Shown: piece by piece, positions 55,599 through 64,000 of the stretch
How positions within the stretch are numbered: the first letter of the stretch is position 1
Layout of the letters: each line of letters opens with the position of its first letter
Source of the DNA: an uncultured Nitrososphaerota archaeon
Lineage (GTDB): Archaea; Korarchaeota; Korarchaeia; Korarchaeales; Korarchaeaceae
Length of the DNA: 64,000 nt
Assembly (NCBI GenBank): GCA_964594835.1
Contig: CAZQNA010000001.1
Coordinates: 160,001 to 224,000 of the forward strand
Direction: 5' to 3'
The notes under the pieces: model-generated
Database searches by the model: none
What the model saw: only the letters and a program-made list of their open reading frames with translations
Told to the model about the DNA's origin: nothing
Made by a program: the position numbers and the translations under genes

Positions 55599-56513
55599 TC
55601 AGGCGAGTCTCAGCAGCTTGGCGATCATCGTCTTGAGGGCTCCCAAGAGGATCACCCTCGTTACCGCGCCGCCTGGGGCCTCCCAAACCTCGGAGCTGGC
55701 CTCCTCGCTGAACTCCACGTTCACCCCCTTGAAGAGCACCGCCGGGATCCCCTCGTCGGCCTGCCCCATGATGAGGGCAGCCGCTGCCGCCAGCTCGTCG
55801 GCGACGGAGTCGTCCCCGCCGAACTTCGGCCTCCCGAAGTAATCCCTGGCCCCGAAGCGCCTGCGCACCGGGAACACGTTTGCCACGCCCACCGCGACGT
55901 CGATGGAGCCTATCTTCATGGGCTGGAACTCCGTGTCGGAGAGGATCACCCCGACCCTGGCCCCCGTGAGCTCCCGAATTCGGTCGGCTATCTCCCTCGC
56001 CTCCGCGTCTGGATCCGGCGGCAGGAGGCAGACGTGCCCCTCCGGGCAGTTGGAGTAGTCCATGCCCGCGTCGAGGAGGGTGAGCCCCCTGACCCGCATC
56101 AGCATCACGTCCCCAGCGGATTCCACCATTCGCCTCGCCTCCTCCGGGTCCTCCGAGAACCTCTCCGGGAACCCGGTCCCCCGGGTGGCCCTGGAGAATG
56201 GCATTATGAAGACGAGGCTCCCGCCCCTCCTTATGACTTCGGCCTCCCAGGGCTCTCTGCTTGAGAGTTTGGCCAGCAACCTGCTCCTGAACCCAGCGTC
56301 AACGCTCTCCGGCTTGGCGACGTATCCCTTGGCCCTCGATACCACCTTGCTGGCCACCACAACGACGTCTCCGTCCTCGATCCTCTCCCCAACATCCTCG
56401 GCGGCCCTCACGATGAGTTCTCCGAGGTCATCTCCCTTCCCAACCGTCGGGAGCCTGAGACCTATCATCCGGACGATCGGAGGGGCGGCGGGTCGAGGCG
56501 AGTCGTCGTTCAT
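55599..56513 (-). CDS. cofE: CofE-like (F420-0:gamma-glutamyl ligase family) protein
   Basis: GDDLGELI, ASKVVS, AGMDYSN, LPPDPD, ILSDT, DELAAAAALIMGQ.DEG.P motifs. Confidence 0.8.
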   Translation of the reverse strand: MNDDSPRPAAPPIVRMIGLRLPTVGKGDDLGELIVRAAEDVGERIEDGDVVVVASKVVSRAKGYVAKPESVDAGFRSRLLAKLSSREPWEAEVIRRGGSLVFIMPFSRATRGTGFPERFSEDPEEARRMVESAGDVMLMRVRGLTLLDAGMDYSNCPEGHVCLLPPDPDAEAREIADRIRELTGARVGVILSDTEFQPMKIGSIDVAVGVANVFPVRRRFGARDYFGRPKFGGDDSVADELAAAAALIMGQADEGIPAVLFKGVNVEFSEEASSEVWEAPGGAVTRVILLGALKTMIAKLLRLA

Positions 56514-56670
56514 TTGACGCCGCTTCCCCAGCTGGGCTTTTAAGCAGACCGCGACGATTTTTCCGGATGGGGCCCCCTACCGGAACTCGCTGGTGGTTCG
56601 AGAGTAGAACCCGCCTTCCATCACTTATATGGGGGCGGGCGGGAGGGCGGGCCGAGGAGCCTGGCCGGGT

Positions 56671-58083
56671 GTGAGTGCGTTGGGCGCGGAAGCCAGAGGC
56701 CTTCGACTCACGATTCAGGAGGTCGTCGCGGCCGCCTGGATCGTGGTGGGTGTCGTCGTCGTGGCCTTCACGTCTCACCAGTGGAGCTTCAGCCCCCTGA
56801 CCCAGGCGGAGTTCCTCCTGCGCTTCACGGGACTCCTGGGGGCGATGGTGTTCACCGCCCTGCTCTACACGGCCTGGAGGTCGAGGGTGGAGGCCCTGCT
56901 CTCCGGGCACTGGAGGGGGGTCCTGGCGGGCCTGACGGTCATGGTGATGTTCGGCTGGCTGGACGTGGTGGAGACGGTCTTCGAGGTACCATCCGCCGTT
57001 CACTTCTACAAGCTCGGATGCACCGTCCTCGCCACCGTCGTTGCCGGGTGGAGCCTCGTCAGCTACCTCAGCGACCTCACCAGGGGGATCACGGCGACAA
57101 GGGCGGCTCCGAAGGTTGACCCCCTGATGGCCCTGATCGGTTGGCTGGCCCTGGTCATTGGAATGGTTCTCGCCCTGAGGCCGTGGGACTGGCCCGTAAT
57201 GGCGAGCCCCCACGTCAGGGAGGTCCCGTTCGATCTGATCAACCTGGTCTTCGACGCCTCGCTGGGAACGAAGCTCCTCCTAGAGTCGAGGAGGTCGGAC
57301 TACCCGGCCAGGTGGCTCCTGAGGTGCGGGTCCTCGGCGTTGTACCTTGGGGCCACCGCCAGCGTTTTCACCACGCTGGACGACACCCTGGTGATTCCTC
57401 ACGTCGTCAGACTGGTGGGAGTGAGCGGGAGCGCATCCCTCGCCCTCCTGCTGGCCGTGTCTCTTTTGACCTACTACCTGCTAGGGACCACGGCCCTCCG
57501 GCCCCCAGAGCGCATCCCCGAGATCCCCTCCGCCGAGGCGCCGAGCGGCCCGACGAGGACCCCGCCCCCCAGGGAGTGGGGGGTCCTGGGCAGGCTCTCG
57601 GGGAGGGTCATACTCTTCGAGGTCCCGACCCAGAGGGGCTACGCGGAGGCCCTGGAGGGCCTCGTCGAGCACATCAAGGCGGAGGGTTACAGGGTCGTCC
57701 TCATAGGCAGGAGGTCCTCGCCCGCGGCCCCCAGGGTGGCCAGGCACGCCTCGCTGACCCTCTACATCTCGGCCGGGCGGGCGGGTCCGCCCAGGCAGGT
57801 GGGGGTCGGGGAGTTCGAGATAGGCGCGGACCCTGCCATGATACTGGGGATGATATCGAGGGCCCGTGAGGAGGGGGACAGGCTTGCGGTGGTGGTGGAG
57901 GACACGTCTGGCCTCCTGGTCCTCCTGGGCGGGGAGAGCACCTACAGGCTGCTCAGGGCGCTGATCGATCAGCTGGCCGAGCACGACTCGGTAGTCGTGA
58001 TGGTCCTCCCGCCGGAGGCCCACGATCCCAGGCTGGTCAACCTGCTCAGGAGCCTAGCCACCAACATAATCGACATGACCTGA
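56671..58083 (+). CDS. Multi-pass membrane protein with C-terminal DUF835-like (inactive KaiC/RecA-fold) domain
   Basis: About 7-8 hydrophobic helices, Pro-rich linker, then VVVEDTSGLLVLLG..STYRLLRALIDQL...PEAHDPRLVNLL. Start re-assigned downstream of a TATA at about 56626. Confidence 0.65.
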   Translation: MSALGAEARGLRLTIQEVVAAAWIVVGVVVVAFTSHQWSFSPLTQAEFLLRFTGLLGAMVFTALLYTAWRSRVEALLSGHWRGVLAGLTVMVMFGWLDVVETVFEVPSAVHFYKLGCTVLATVVAGWSLVSYLSDLTRGITATRAAPKVDPLMALIGWLALVIGMVLALRPWDWPVMASPHVREVPFDLINLVFDASLGTKLLLESRRSDYPARWLLRCGSSALYLGATASVFTTLDDTLVIPHVVRLVGVSGSASLALLLAVSLLTYYLLGTTALRPPERIPEIPSAEAPSGPTRTPPPREWGVLGRLSGRVILFEVPTQRGYAEALEGLVEHIKAEGYRVVLIGRRSSPAAPRVARHASLTLYISAGRAGPPRQVGVGEFEIGADPAMILGMISRAREEGDRLAVVVEDTSGLLVLLGGESTYRLLRALIDQLAEHDSVVVMVLPPEAHDPRLVNLLRSLATNIIDMT

Positions 58084-58240
58084 CCGGTCGGGCTGGCTGT
58101 CGCCTCAGCGGTGCACGGCACGACGGACGGTCGTCCAGCTTTCGGTCCCCTGGACCGATGGGCCTCAGAGTTTCGTCAGCGCCCTCGAATCCAGCACTGA
58201 ATCCGGGCAAGGGCTTGGCCTCTTGAGGGAAGAGGGGGAG

Positions 58241-58246
58241 AAAAAA
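58241..58246 (-). terminator. T6 terminator of tRNA-Trp
   Basis: A6 on the plus strand about 12 nt past the encoded CCA. Confidence 0.55.
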
Positions 58247-58257
58247 GGTTTGAGTAG

Positions 58258-58424
58258 TGGTGGGGCCGGTGGGAGTTCCGCCGGGCCCATGTCTTGGCCC
58301 GGATTCGAACCCACGACCTACGGGTCTCCCCCTCAGTGCTCCACTGACTGGAGCCCGCCGCCCTGCCTTTCTAGGGCGGCCTCGCCCCTATCATCGGGAG
58401 GCCACCTGGCTAGGCCACGGCCCC
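58258..58424 (-). tRNA. trnW: tRNA-Trp(CCA) with three introns (17/17a, 37/38, 59/60) and encoded CCA end
   Basis: Removing 58407-58369 (39 nt), 58347-58326 (22 nt) and 58303-58275 (29 nt) yields a 77-nt cloverleaf GGGGCCGUGGCCUAGCCAGGCAGGGCGGCGGGCUCCAGACCCGUAGGUCGUGGGUUCGAAUCCCACCGGCCCCACCA. Each junction folds as a bulge-helix-bulge. Confidence 0.9.
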
Positions 58425-58450
58425 ACCGCGGGTCCTCTCTGACCGGGCAG

Positions 58451-58457
58451 TATATAA
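58451..58457 (-). promoter_or_regulatory. TATA box of tRNA-Trp
   Basis: TTATATA on the minus strand, 27 nt upstream of tRNA position 1. Confidence 0.7.
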
Positions 58458-58613
58458 CAGTTGCGAGGACCCCCTCCAACCGAACGGGGCGTGGGAGCGT
58501 CCCTTTTCCCGCAGCTTCACCCGTGAGCGACCGAAGTCCCGGCGAGGTCGATCGCCTCGGCCTCCACGCCGCCGACCCTCCTCACCGGCCCGGCCGGGCG
58601 CCGGAGCGCATCA

Positions 58614-58647
58614 TTTATATATGCATTACATTTGTATTGCATTTGTA
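58614..58647 (+). promoter_or_regulatory. TATA box plus candidate operator (inverted and direct repeats)
   Basis: TTTATATA at 58614-58621, ATGCATTACA-TT-TGTATTGCAT (9 of 10 pairs) and CATTTGTA twice at 11-bp spacing. Confidence 0.6.
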
Positions 58648-58653
58648 ATCAAA

Positions 58654-59157
58654 TTGCAAAGCGCGGGAAACGGGGAGGGCCGCAGGGAGAGGAAGTTCGG
58701 GCAGATCACCGTGCGGGGCGTGGATCGCTCCCTCTACAGGCGGCTGAGCCGGATGGCCAGGAGGATGGGGGTGAACGTCGGCACGCTCCTCAACCAGTCC
58801 ATGGAACTCTTCCTCTCGATGTTTCCCCACGACGGGGAGTCCCCCCTCCCCGGACGGGCGCTCGGCATCTCGGCCGAGTTCATGAGGGGCTTCCTAGAGG
58901 GGCTTGGGCACGTCGTAGAGGACATAGACGAGCTCACCCTCACGAGGAGAGACCTGTTGGAGGCGGACAGGGAGCTGGTCCTCCTCCGGATCAAGAGGCT
59001 CGAGTTCGCGGACGACGTCGACGAGGAGACCTTCAGGTCTAGGGTGAGGGGAATCTATCGCTGCGGGGAGGTCGTGATCCCCGAGGGTCTCCCCAAGGTC
59101 CTGGTCCTGTCGGTCTGCCGCGGGGTCGGGAAGGTGACGGTGAGAGGCAGGAGGTGA
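58654..59157 (+). CDS. Ribbon-helix-helix regulator with C-terminal domain
   Basis: ITVRGVDRSLYRRLSRMARRMGVNVGTLLNQSM is an RHH pattern. Start uncertain (TTG 58654). Confidence 0.65.
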   Translation: MQSAGNGEGRRERKFGQITVRGVDRSLYRRLSRMARRMGVNVGTLLNQSMELFLSMFPHDGESPLPGRALGISAEFMRGFLEGLGHVVEDIDELTLTRRDLLEADRELVLLRIKRLEFADDVDEETFRSRVRGIYRCGEVVIPEGLPKVLVLSVCRGVGKVTVRGRR

Positions 59158-59163
59158 TCGGCG

Positions 59164-61152
59164 GTGCCGGCGGGGCGATCGGGCGTGGGCGTCGCAGTCA
59201 GGACTCTCGCGATATGGCTAACGGTTGCTCTGGTGATCTCGCTTATCCCTCTCTCCCAGCCTGCGGCCCAGCGGGCGGAGGGAGACGTCCAGATAGCCGC
59301 GGTCAGGTGGGGCTGGGAGTGGGGGTGCGGGGTCTATCCGGGCGACAGGCAGGTTCCCCTCGAGGTCACCTTCGTCAACGGGGAGCAGGCAGTGGGGGCC
59401 ATCTCCGTCGTGGCGCACCTGGAGGGACTCCCGTTCCGCGGCGGGGGAGGTGAGGACGATCCGAGGGCCGTCGTTTCGCCGATAGTCGTATTGCCGGGCG
59501 GGGCGTTCGAGGCCACGTTCCTCTTGGATGTCCTGGGGAACGCCACCCCGGGGGTGTACCGGATCCCGCTGACGCTCACCTACCGCACCATCGAGGTCGA
59601 TAGCAGCTCTCCGATCTCGATCAGCTGGGTGAGCAACGACACGTTCGACTCCACCGGAAGGGCCGCGGCGACCCTGCCGGTGCTGACCTACGGGCCGGAG
59701 GTCGAGCAGGAGTCCGTGATCGAGGTGGTCGTCGGCAGGCCCTGCGGGATTCTGTCCTTGGGAGTGACCCAGTATCCGTCCGTGCTCAGGGCGGGCGACG
59801 CCGGCGCCCTGATTATCTCCCTCAGGAACCTGGGCAGGGAGGCCCTCAGGGACGTGCTGGTGGAGGTGGAGCCCGTCGGAATCGGGGCCAGCTTCCAGGC
59901 TGCCGGCGGCTCACCCGGGTTCGACCTCCGGGGCCTGACGACCGGTGGCTCCTCCCTCCAGTCGTCGGGGGTGACCGTGGAGGGGAGGAGGGAGTTCTTC
60001 TTCGAGAGCATACCCCCGATGGGCTCGGCCCGCTTCACCGTGAGCGTGAGGGTGAGCGAGGGCTGCCCCAGGGGCATCTACCAGCTCCCCGTCAGGGTCT
60101 CGTACAGGAGGGTCGACGGGACCCACGTGGAGGAGTTGACCGTGGCGCAGGTCGTCGTCTCCACTCCCCTCAGCAGGCCTGCGTCGATAGAGCCGGACAG
60201 GCCGCACATCAACATAGTCTCCGCGCTGACATCGCCAGACCCCCTGCCGGTGGGCGGATCAGGCAGCCTGACGATAGTCCTCCTCAACGCGGGACCCGGG
60301 GACGCTTACGGCCTGTCACTGGACCTCCTCCCAGCCGGCGAGGAGGCGCAGCAGGCGTCGCTGGCCGGACTGATGGGAATGGCGGGTGGCATGCCGTACA
60401 TGGGGGCCCCACAGTCCTCGCAGGCTGGGGGCGCCGAGTCTCCGCTGAGGATCCTGAGGGGGGCCAACAGGGTCTTCCTCGGAGACCTGAAGGCCGGGGA
60501 GAACGTCACGGTGAGCTTCGAGGTCGGCGTCGACCCCACTGCGGAGTCGGGCTTCCTGGAGGTTCCCCTCCTGCTGAGGTACCGGGACGAACTCGGGAAC
60601 AGGTACGAGGAGTCCCTCAGGATCGCGATCCCCGTTGCGAGGCGGGCGGAGCTCGCCCTCACCCTCGAGGACTCGCCGGCCCGCCCCGGTGAGGACGTAA
60701 CCCTCAGGGGAGACCTCGTGAACCTTGGGGAGGGGGATGCCGAGGGGGTCGTGGTAGAGCTCGTCGACGGCGGCGGGTACTTCAGGCAGCTCGCCCCGGC
60801 CGTGGTGTCGAGAATCCCCGGCGGGGACAGGGAGGATGTCGGCGTACGACTGCTGGTGAGCGACGCGACTCCACCCGGGACTTACGAGCTGCCTCTCCGC
60901 GTATCCTACAGGAGCGGGCTCTCCCAGACAGTTTCCGTCGGGTTCACCGCAGTCGTGGTGGTGGAGTCTCCTTCCCAGACCTCCGGAGGGGTGAGCTTGA
61001 GGTCGCTGGCCCCTTGGATCGCCCTCGCGGCGGGATCCGGGGCGGCGGGCGTCCTCGGCCTCGCGACCGCGAGGAGGAAGCGGGAAGGGCCGCACTACGA
61101 GCCAGAGAACTTTTCCCCGGTTCCTGCCGCGGCTGGGGGTGATGGGGCGTGA
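59164..61152 (+). CDS. Secreted Ig-like repeat (COG1361 S-layer-domain-like) protein with C-terminal TM anchor
   Basis: Signal peptide, repeated (L/V)xNxG...PGxYxLP(L/V)xVSY modules, TM plus RRKR. Typical partner of MacB-like ABC genes in archaea. Confidence 0.75.
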   Translation: MPAGRSGVGVAVRTLAIWLTVALVISLIPLSQPAAQRAEGDVQIAAVRWGWEWGCGVYPGDRQVPLEVTFVNGEQAVGAISVVAHLEGLPFRGGGGEDDPRAVVSPIVVLPGGAFEATFLLDVLGNATPGVYRIPLTLTYRTIEVDSSSPISISWVSNDTFDSTGRAAATLPVLTYGPEVEQESVIEVVVGRPCGILSLGVTQYPSVLRAGDAGALIISLRNLGREALRDVLVEVEPVGIGASFQAAGGSPGFDLRGLTTGGSSLQSSGVTVEGRREFFFESIPPMGSARFTVSVRVSEGCPRGIYQLPVRVSYRRVDGTHVEELTVAQVVVSTPLSRPASIEPDRPHINIVSALTSPDPLPVGGSGSLTIVLLNAGPGDAYGLSLDLLPAGEEAQQASLAGLMGMAGGMPYMGAPQSSQAGGAESPLRILRGANRVFLGDLKAGENVTVSFEVGVDPTAESGFLEVPLLLRYRDELGNRYEESLRIAIPVARRAELALTLEDSPARPGEDVTLRGDLVNLGEGDAEGVVVELVDGGGYFRQLAPAVVSRIPGGDREDVGVRLLVSDATPPGTYELPLRVSYRSGLSQTVSVGFTAVVVVESPSQTSGGVSLRSLAPWIALAAGSGAAGVLGLATARRKREGPHYEPENFSPVPAAAGGDGA

Positions 61153-62321
61153 CTCTCTACAGGATAGTCCTGGCGGACCTCAACCCCCGGAACCTACGGA
61201 CCGTGCTCACGGCGCTGGGGATAGTCATCGGGGTGGCCTCGCTGGTCTCCCTCCTGGCGATAGGCTACGGGATGAGGGCGGCCGTGAGGGAGAACTTGGA
61301 GGGCCTGGTGAACATGGGCTTCATCCTTATGCCCTCCGGGGGGAGTTCCTCCGGTGGGTTCGGCCTGGGGTCTATGTCCCCCATGGGGGTCATCCCGGAG
61401 GGAGAGATCGAGGGCATCGACGAGATCTACGGCGTCAGCCTCGTGACGCCCGTACTGACTCAGGTCGGGTTCACCAGGCAGACGGGGGACTCTGCCCTGC
61501 TCGTGATAGGCACCCCGCTCAGTGGGCTGGAGAAGGGGCTGCCGGGCCTCGTCGATGGGTCCTACTGGACGGGCGACAGGGAGGCCGTGTTGGGGGCCAC
61601 GGCGGCCAAGATGCTGTCGGCTAAGCCTGGAGACAGGATAGAGATCCTGAAGAGGCCCTACGACGAGGAGGGGCTCTCTGTGAGGGTGGTAGGGATCCTG
61701 TCCTCAACGGGGACTTTCCTGCAGGATCAGGCGATCTACCTGCCGCTTGAGACCGTCCAAGAGTTCTACGGCCAGGAGGGCGCCGTGAACCTGGTCTTCG
61801 TGAGGGTCGACGACCCTGAGGCGGCAGAGGCCGTGAGAGAGGTCTTGGTGGAGAGGTACCCAGACCTCATGATAGTGGAGACCGACCAGGTGATGCAGAA
61901 CGTCGGCTCGATACTCAGCATACTGGACGCGGTCCTGCTGGGCATAGGGAGCATATCCATGCTGATCGCGGGTCTGAGCATAACGAACTCAGTCATGATG
62001 AGCGTTAACGAGAAGGTCAGGGAGATCGGCATACTGAAGGCCCTCGGCTACACGAGGGGCGAGATCCTGCGCATGTTTGTCGTCGAGGGGCTGGCGTACT
62101 CGGCGGTTGGGGGGCCTATCGGCGTTGCCGCGGGCGTGCTGGTGGCCAAGTTCGTGTCCTCGGCCCTGTCCGTCAGGGGCTACGCGCTCCCCCTTGAGTT
62201 CGGCCCGCAGTCCGTGGTGGCTGGACTTGCGGTCTCGCTCGCCGTAAGCCTGGTCGCCTCCATCCCACCCGCCAGGAGGGCGGCGAGCATGAGGGTCGTG
62301 GAGGCGCTGTCCCATGAGTGA
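61149..62321 (+). CDS. MacB/FtsX-family ABC transporter permease
   Basis: RTVLTALGIVIGVAS, REIGILKALG and PARRAA...EAL motifs. Confidence 0.92.
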   Translation: MTLYRIVLADLNPRNLRTVLTALGIVIGVASLVSLLAIGYGMRAAVRENLEGLVNMGFILMPSGGSSSGGFGLGSMSPMGVIPEGEIEGIDEIYGVSLVTPVLTQVGFTRQTGDSALLVIGTPLSGLEKGLPGLVDGSYWTGDREAVLGATAAKMLSAKPGDRIEILKRPYDEEGLSVRVVGILSSTGTFLQDQAIYLPLETVQEFYGQEGAVNLVFVRVDDPEAAEAVREVLVERYPDLMIVETDQVMQNVGSILSILDAVLLGIGSISMLIAGLSITNSVMMSVNEKVREIGILKALGYTRGEILRMFVVEGLAYSAVGGPIGVAAGVLVAKFVSSALSVRGYALPLEFGPQSVVAGLAVSLAVSLVASIPPARRAASMRVVEALSHE

Positions 62322-63054
62322 GCCGATGGTGAGGCTGGTCGACGTCTACAAGGCATACAGGATCGGCAGGAGGTACTTGGTCGTGCTGAGGGGCGTGAGC
62401 CTGGAGGTCGGGAGGGGAGAGTCCGTCGCCATCCTGGGGAAGAGCGGCTCGGGTAAGACAACCCTCCTCAACATCATTGCTGGCCTGGACAGACCCTCCT
62501 ACGGGCACGTCTACGTCGACGGGGTGGACCTTGTCTACCTGAGCGAGGACGAGTTGACAAGGTTCAGGAGGTCGAGGGTGAGCTTCATCTTCCAGAGCTA
62601 CAACCTCATATCGGAGCTCACGGCTCTGGAGAACGTCATGCTGGCCCAGAGGGCGAGGTTCGGAAAGACTGACAAGGAGAAGGCCATGCAGATCCTGAAC
62701 CTCGTAGGCTTGGAGGGGCATGCTAACCATAAGCCCCACGAACTCAGCGGGGGACAGCAGCAGAGAGTCGCCATAGCAATGGCCCTCGCGAAATCTCCGA
62801 AGCTGATAATCGCGGATGAGCCAACCGGGGCCTTGGACAGCAGGACAAGAGAGCAGGTGCTGAACCTTCTGCTGGAGGCCAAGGAAAAGCTCGGTACGAC
62901 GCTCTTGGTGGTGACTCACGACGAGGATGTGGCTGAGAGGATGGAGAGAGTAGTTCGAATCAAGGACGGGGAGATAGTCGAGGTAGGAACGAGGCGACCT
63001 CACCCCGCCGCTCTAGACCAGCCAGTTCTCCTCTCAGCGGGGGTGAGGCGTTGA
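62314..63054 (+). CDS. LolD/MacB-type ABC ATP-binding protein
   Basis: GKSGSGKTT, LSGGQQQRVAIA, ADEPTGALD and VTHD motifs. Confidence 0.95.
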   Translation: MSEPMVRLVDVYKAYRIGRRYLVVLRGVSLEVGRGESVAILGKSGSGKTTLLNIIAGLDRPSYGHVYVDGVDLVYLSEDELTRFRRSRVSFIFQSYNLISELTALENVMLAQRARFGKTDKEKAMQILNLVGLEGHANHKPHELSGGQQQRVAIAMALAKSPKLIIADEPTGALDSRTREQVLNLLLEAKEKLGTTLLVVTHDEDVAERMERVVRIKDGEIVEVGTRRPHPAALDQPVLLSAGVRR

Positions 63055-64000
63055 TCGGTGTGGTGCGCGCTGTGACCGTATTCTCCTCTCTAATCTCCCT
63101 CGTCTCTGCTGCCTTGTCTACGCTAAAGCCGGAGCTAGCTGAGTTACCCTCTGAGCTCCCACTAGTGTCCGTAATAATACCAGCTCGTGATGAGGAGAGG
63201 AACATAGGATCGTGCGTGGGAAGCGTTCTACGTCAGGATTACCCCAGGAAGGAGATCATAGTCGTGGCAAACGGTTGCAGGGACCGCACCGCGGAGATAG
63301 CGAGATCGCTTGGCGTCGAGGTCCTAGAGCTAGAGGAGGCAAGCAAGCCCAAGGCGCTGAACATAGGGGCTTCTTATGCAAAGGGAAGCTTGTATCTGTT
63401 TCTTGACGCGGACACAGTTCTCCCGCGTGGGGCAATAAGGAGTTTACTTAGACACATCTACTCGGCCGATGATATCGGCGCTGTAGTCGCTGCCAAGGAC
63501 TTCGTTGGCGAAGAACTTCACTCGCTGCTCGCGAGGATAGAATACTCGATCATAGATGTGGTGAGCCGGGTTCAAGGGCTCTTCGGGACTACGTTCATCT
63601 ACTCGGGCGCCTGCAGCCTAGTAAGGAGGGAGGCCTTCTGGGCTGTCGGCGGGTTTAGCAACGTGTACCCGTCTGAGGACGGGGATTTTGGTCTGAAATT
63701 GATGGAGGCGGGGTTTAAGGTAAGATACGCTCCCGACGTCGTGGTGACGCAAAGACTAAGGTATGGCTTTGGTCGGTGGGTGAGGTACAGGTACGAGATC
63801 TCGAGGAGCCACTTTATGAGAATGGCTGAGCACTATAAGTGCCTGCTCCGAAAGAACTCTGTGACCATACTGGCCCTTGTGGTGCCGTCCTATCTCTACT
63901 CAATCCTAATGTTGGGTCTCCTCCTATACAAGCTGCTGTCCAACCTCCTAACACTCGAGCTGGCCGGTTCTCTGAAATATGTGACGATAACGCTGGTGTT
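63051..64000 (+). CDS. Family 2 glycosyltransferase with TM segments, truncated by window edge
   Basis: Not in the ORF track. TTG overlaps the upstream stop. LVSVIIPARDEE, KPKALNIG, FLDADT, SGACSLVRR..GGF and SED motifs. Confidence 0.88.
   Translation, partial: MIGVVRAVTVFSSLISLVSAALSTLKPELAELPSELPLVSVIIPARDEERNIGSCVGSVLRQDYPRKEIIVVANGCRDRTAEIARSLGVEVLELEEASKPKALNIGASYAKGSLYLFLDADTVLPRGAIRSLLRHIYSADDIGAVVAAKDFVGEELHSLLARIEYSIIDVVSRVQGLFGTTFIYSGACSLVRREAFWAVGGFSNVYPSEDGDFGLKLMEAGFKVRYAPDVVVTQRLRYGFGRWVRYRYEISRSHFMRMAEHYKCLLRKNSVTILALVVPSYLYSILMLGLLLYKLLSNLLTLELAGSLKYVTITLV

Noticed and set aside
58084-58225. Possible hammerhead ribozyme on the minus strand (CUGACGA ... hairpin ... GAAA ... 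GUC)
   Set aside because: Stem II does not close directly between CUGANGA and GAAA, and stems I and III could not be paired convincingly. An Infernal/Rfam scan would settle it.
58258-58310. tRNA 3' end as an integration (att) site
   Set aside because: No duplicate of the tRNA end and no integrase seen in the window.
58369-58407. Box C/D guide inside the D-loop intron (GAUGAU...CGA)
   Set aside because: The boxes are imperfect and the intron is too short for guide regions.
58517-58567. 16-codon minus-strand ORF (MEAEAIDLAGTSVAHG) after a GGTGAGGAGG RBS-like sequence
   Set aside because: Too short, no recognisable motif, and such sequences are expected by chance in this GC-rich DNA.

Overview
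GC-rich, gene-dense archaeal chromosome segment from a probable thermophile of the TACK group. A Korarchaeota- or Thermofilum-like host is an inference from the crenarchaeal-type SSB, the ATL-EndoV fusion, the multi-intron tRNA, GGTGA ribosome-binding sites and TATA boxes. Contents from left to right: a type IV pilin cluster with prepilin peptidase and an orphan PqqD/RRE protein; tatC/tatA; SSB; an aminotransferase-fumarase-DedA operon; DtxR-feoAB; a Tat-exported molybdopterin polysulfide/thiosulfate-reductase-type module with chaperone, polyferredoxin, MobA and Mrp; argS; sufCB; glyA; an arrestin-fold operon; an APC permease/metallophosphoesterase/nucleotidyltransferase trio; tldD/pmbA; moaCADE; ATL-EndoV; a proline dehydrogenase-type complex; adk with a CARF-like regulator; proteases; tRNA-modification genes; a LysW-like acidic Zn-finger protein; a multi-TM DUF835-like protein; a tRNA-Trp(CCA) interrupted by three BHB introns (absent from the ORF track); and an RHH-regulated ABC exporter/GT2 region that runs off the right edge. 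No CRISPR array, rRNA, integrase or transposase was seen. Family calls come from motif recognition by eye, not database searches. Several start codons were re-assigned from RBS/TATA context.
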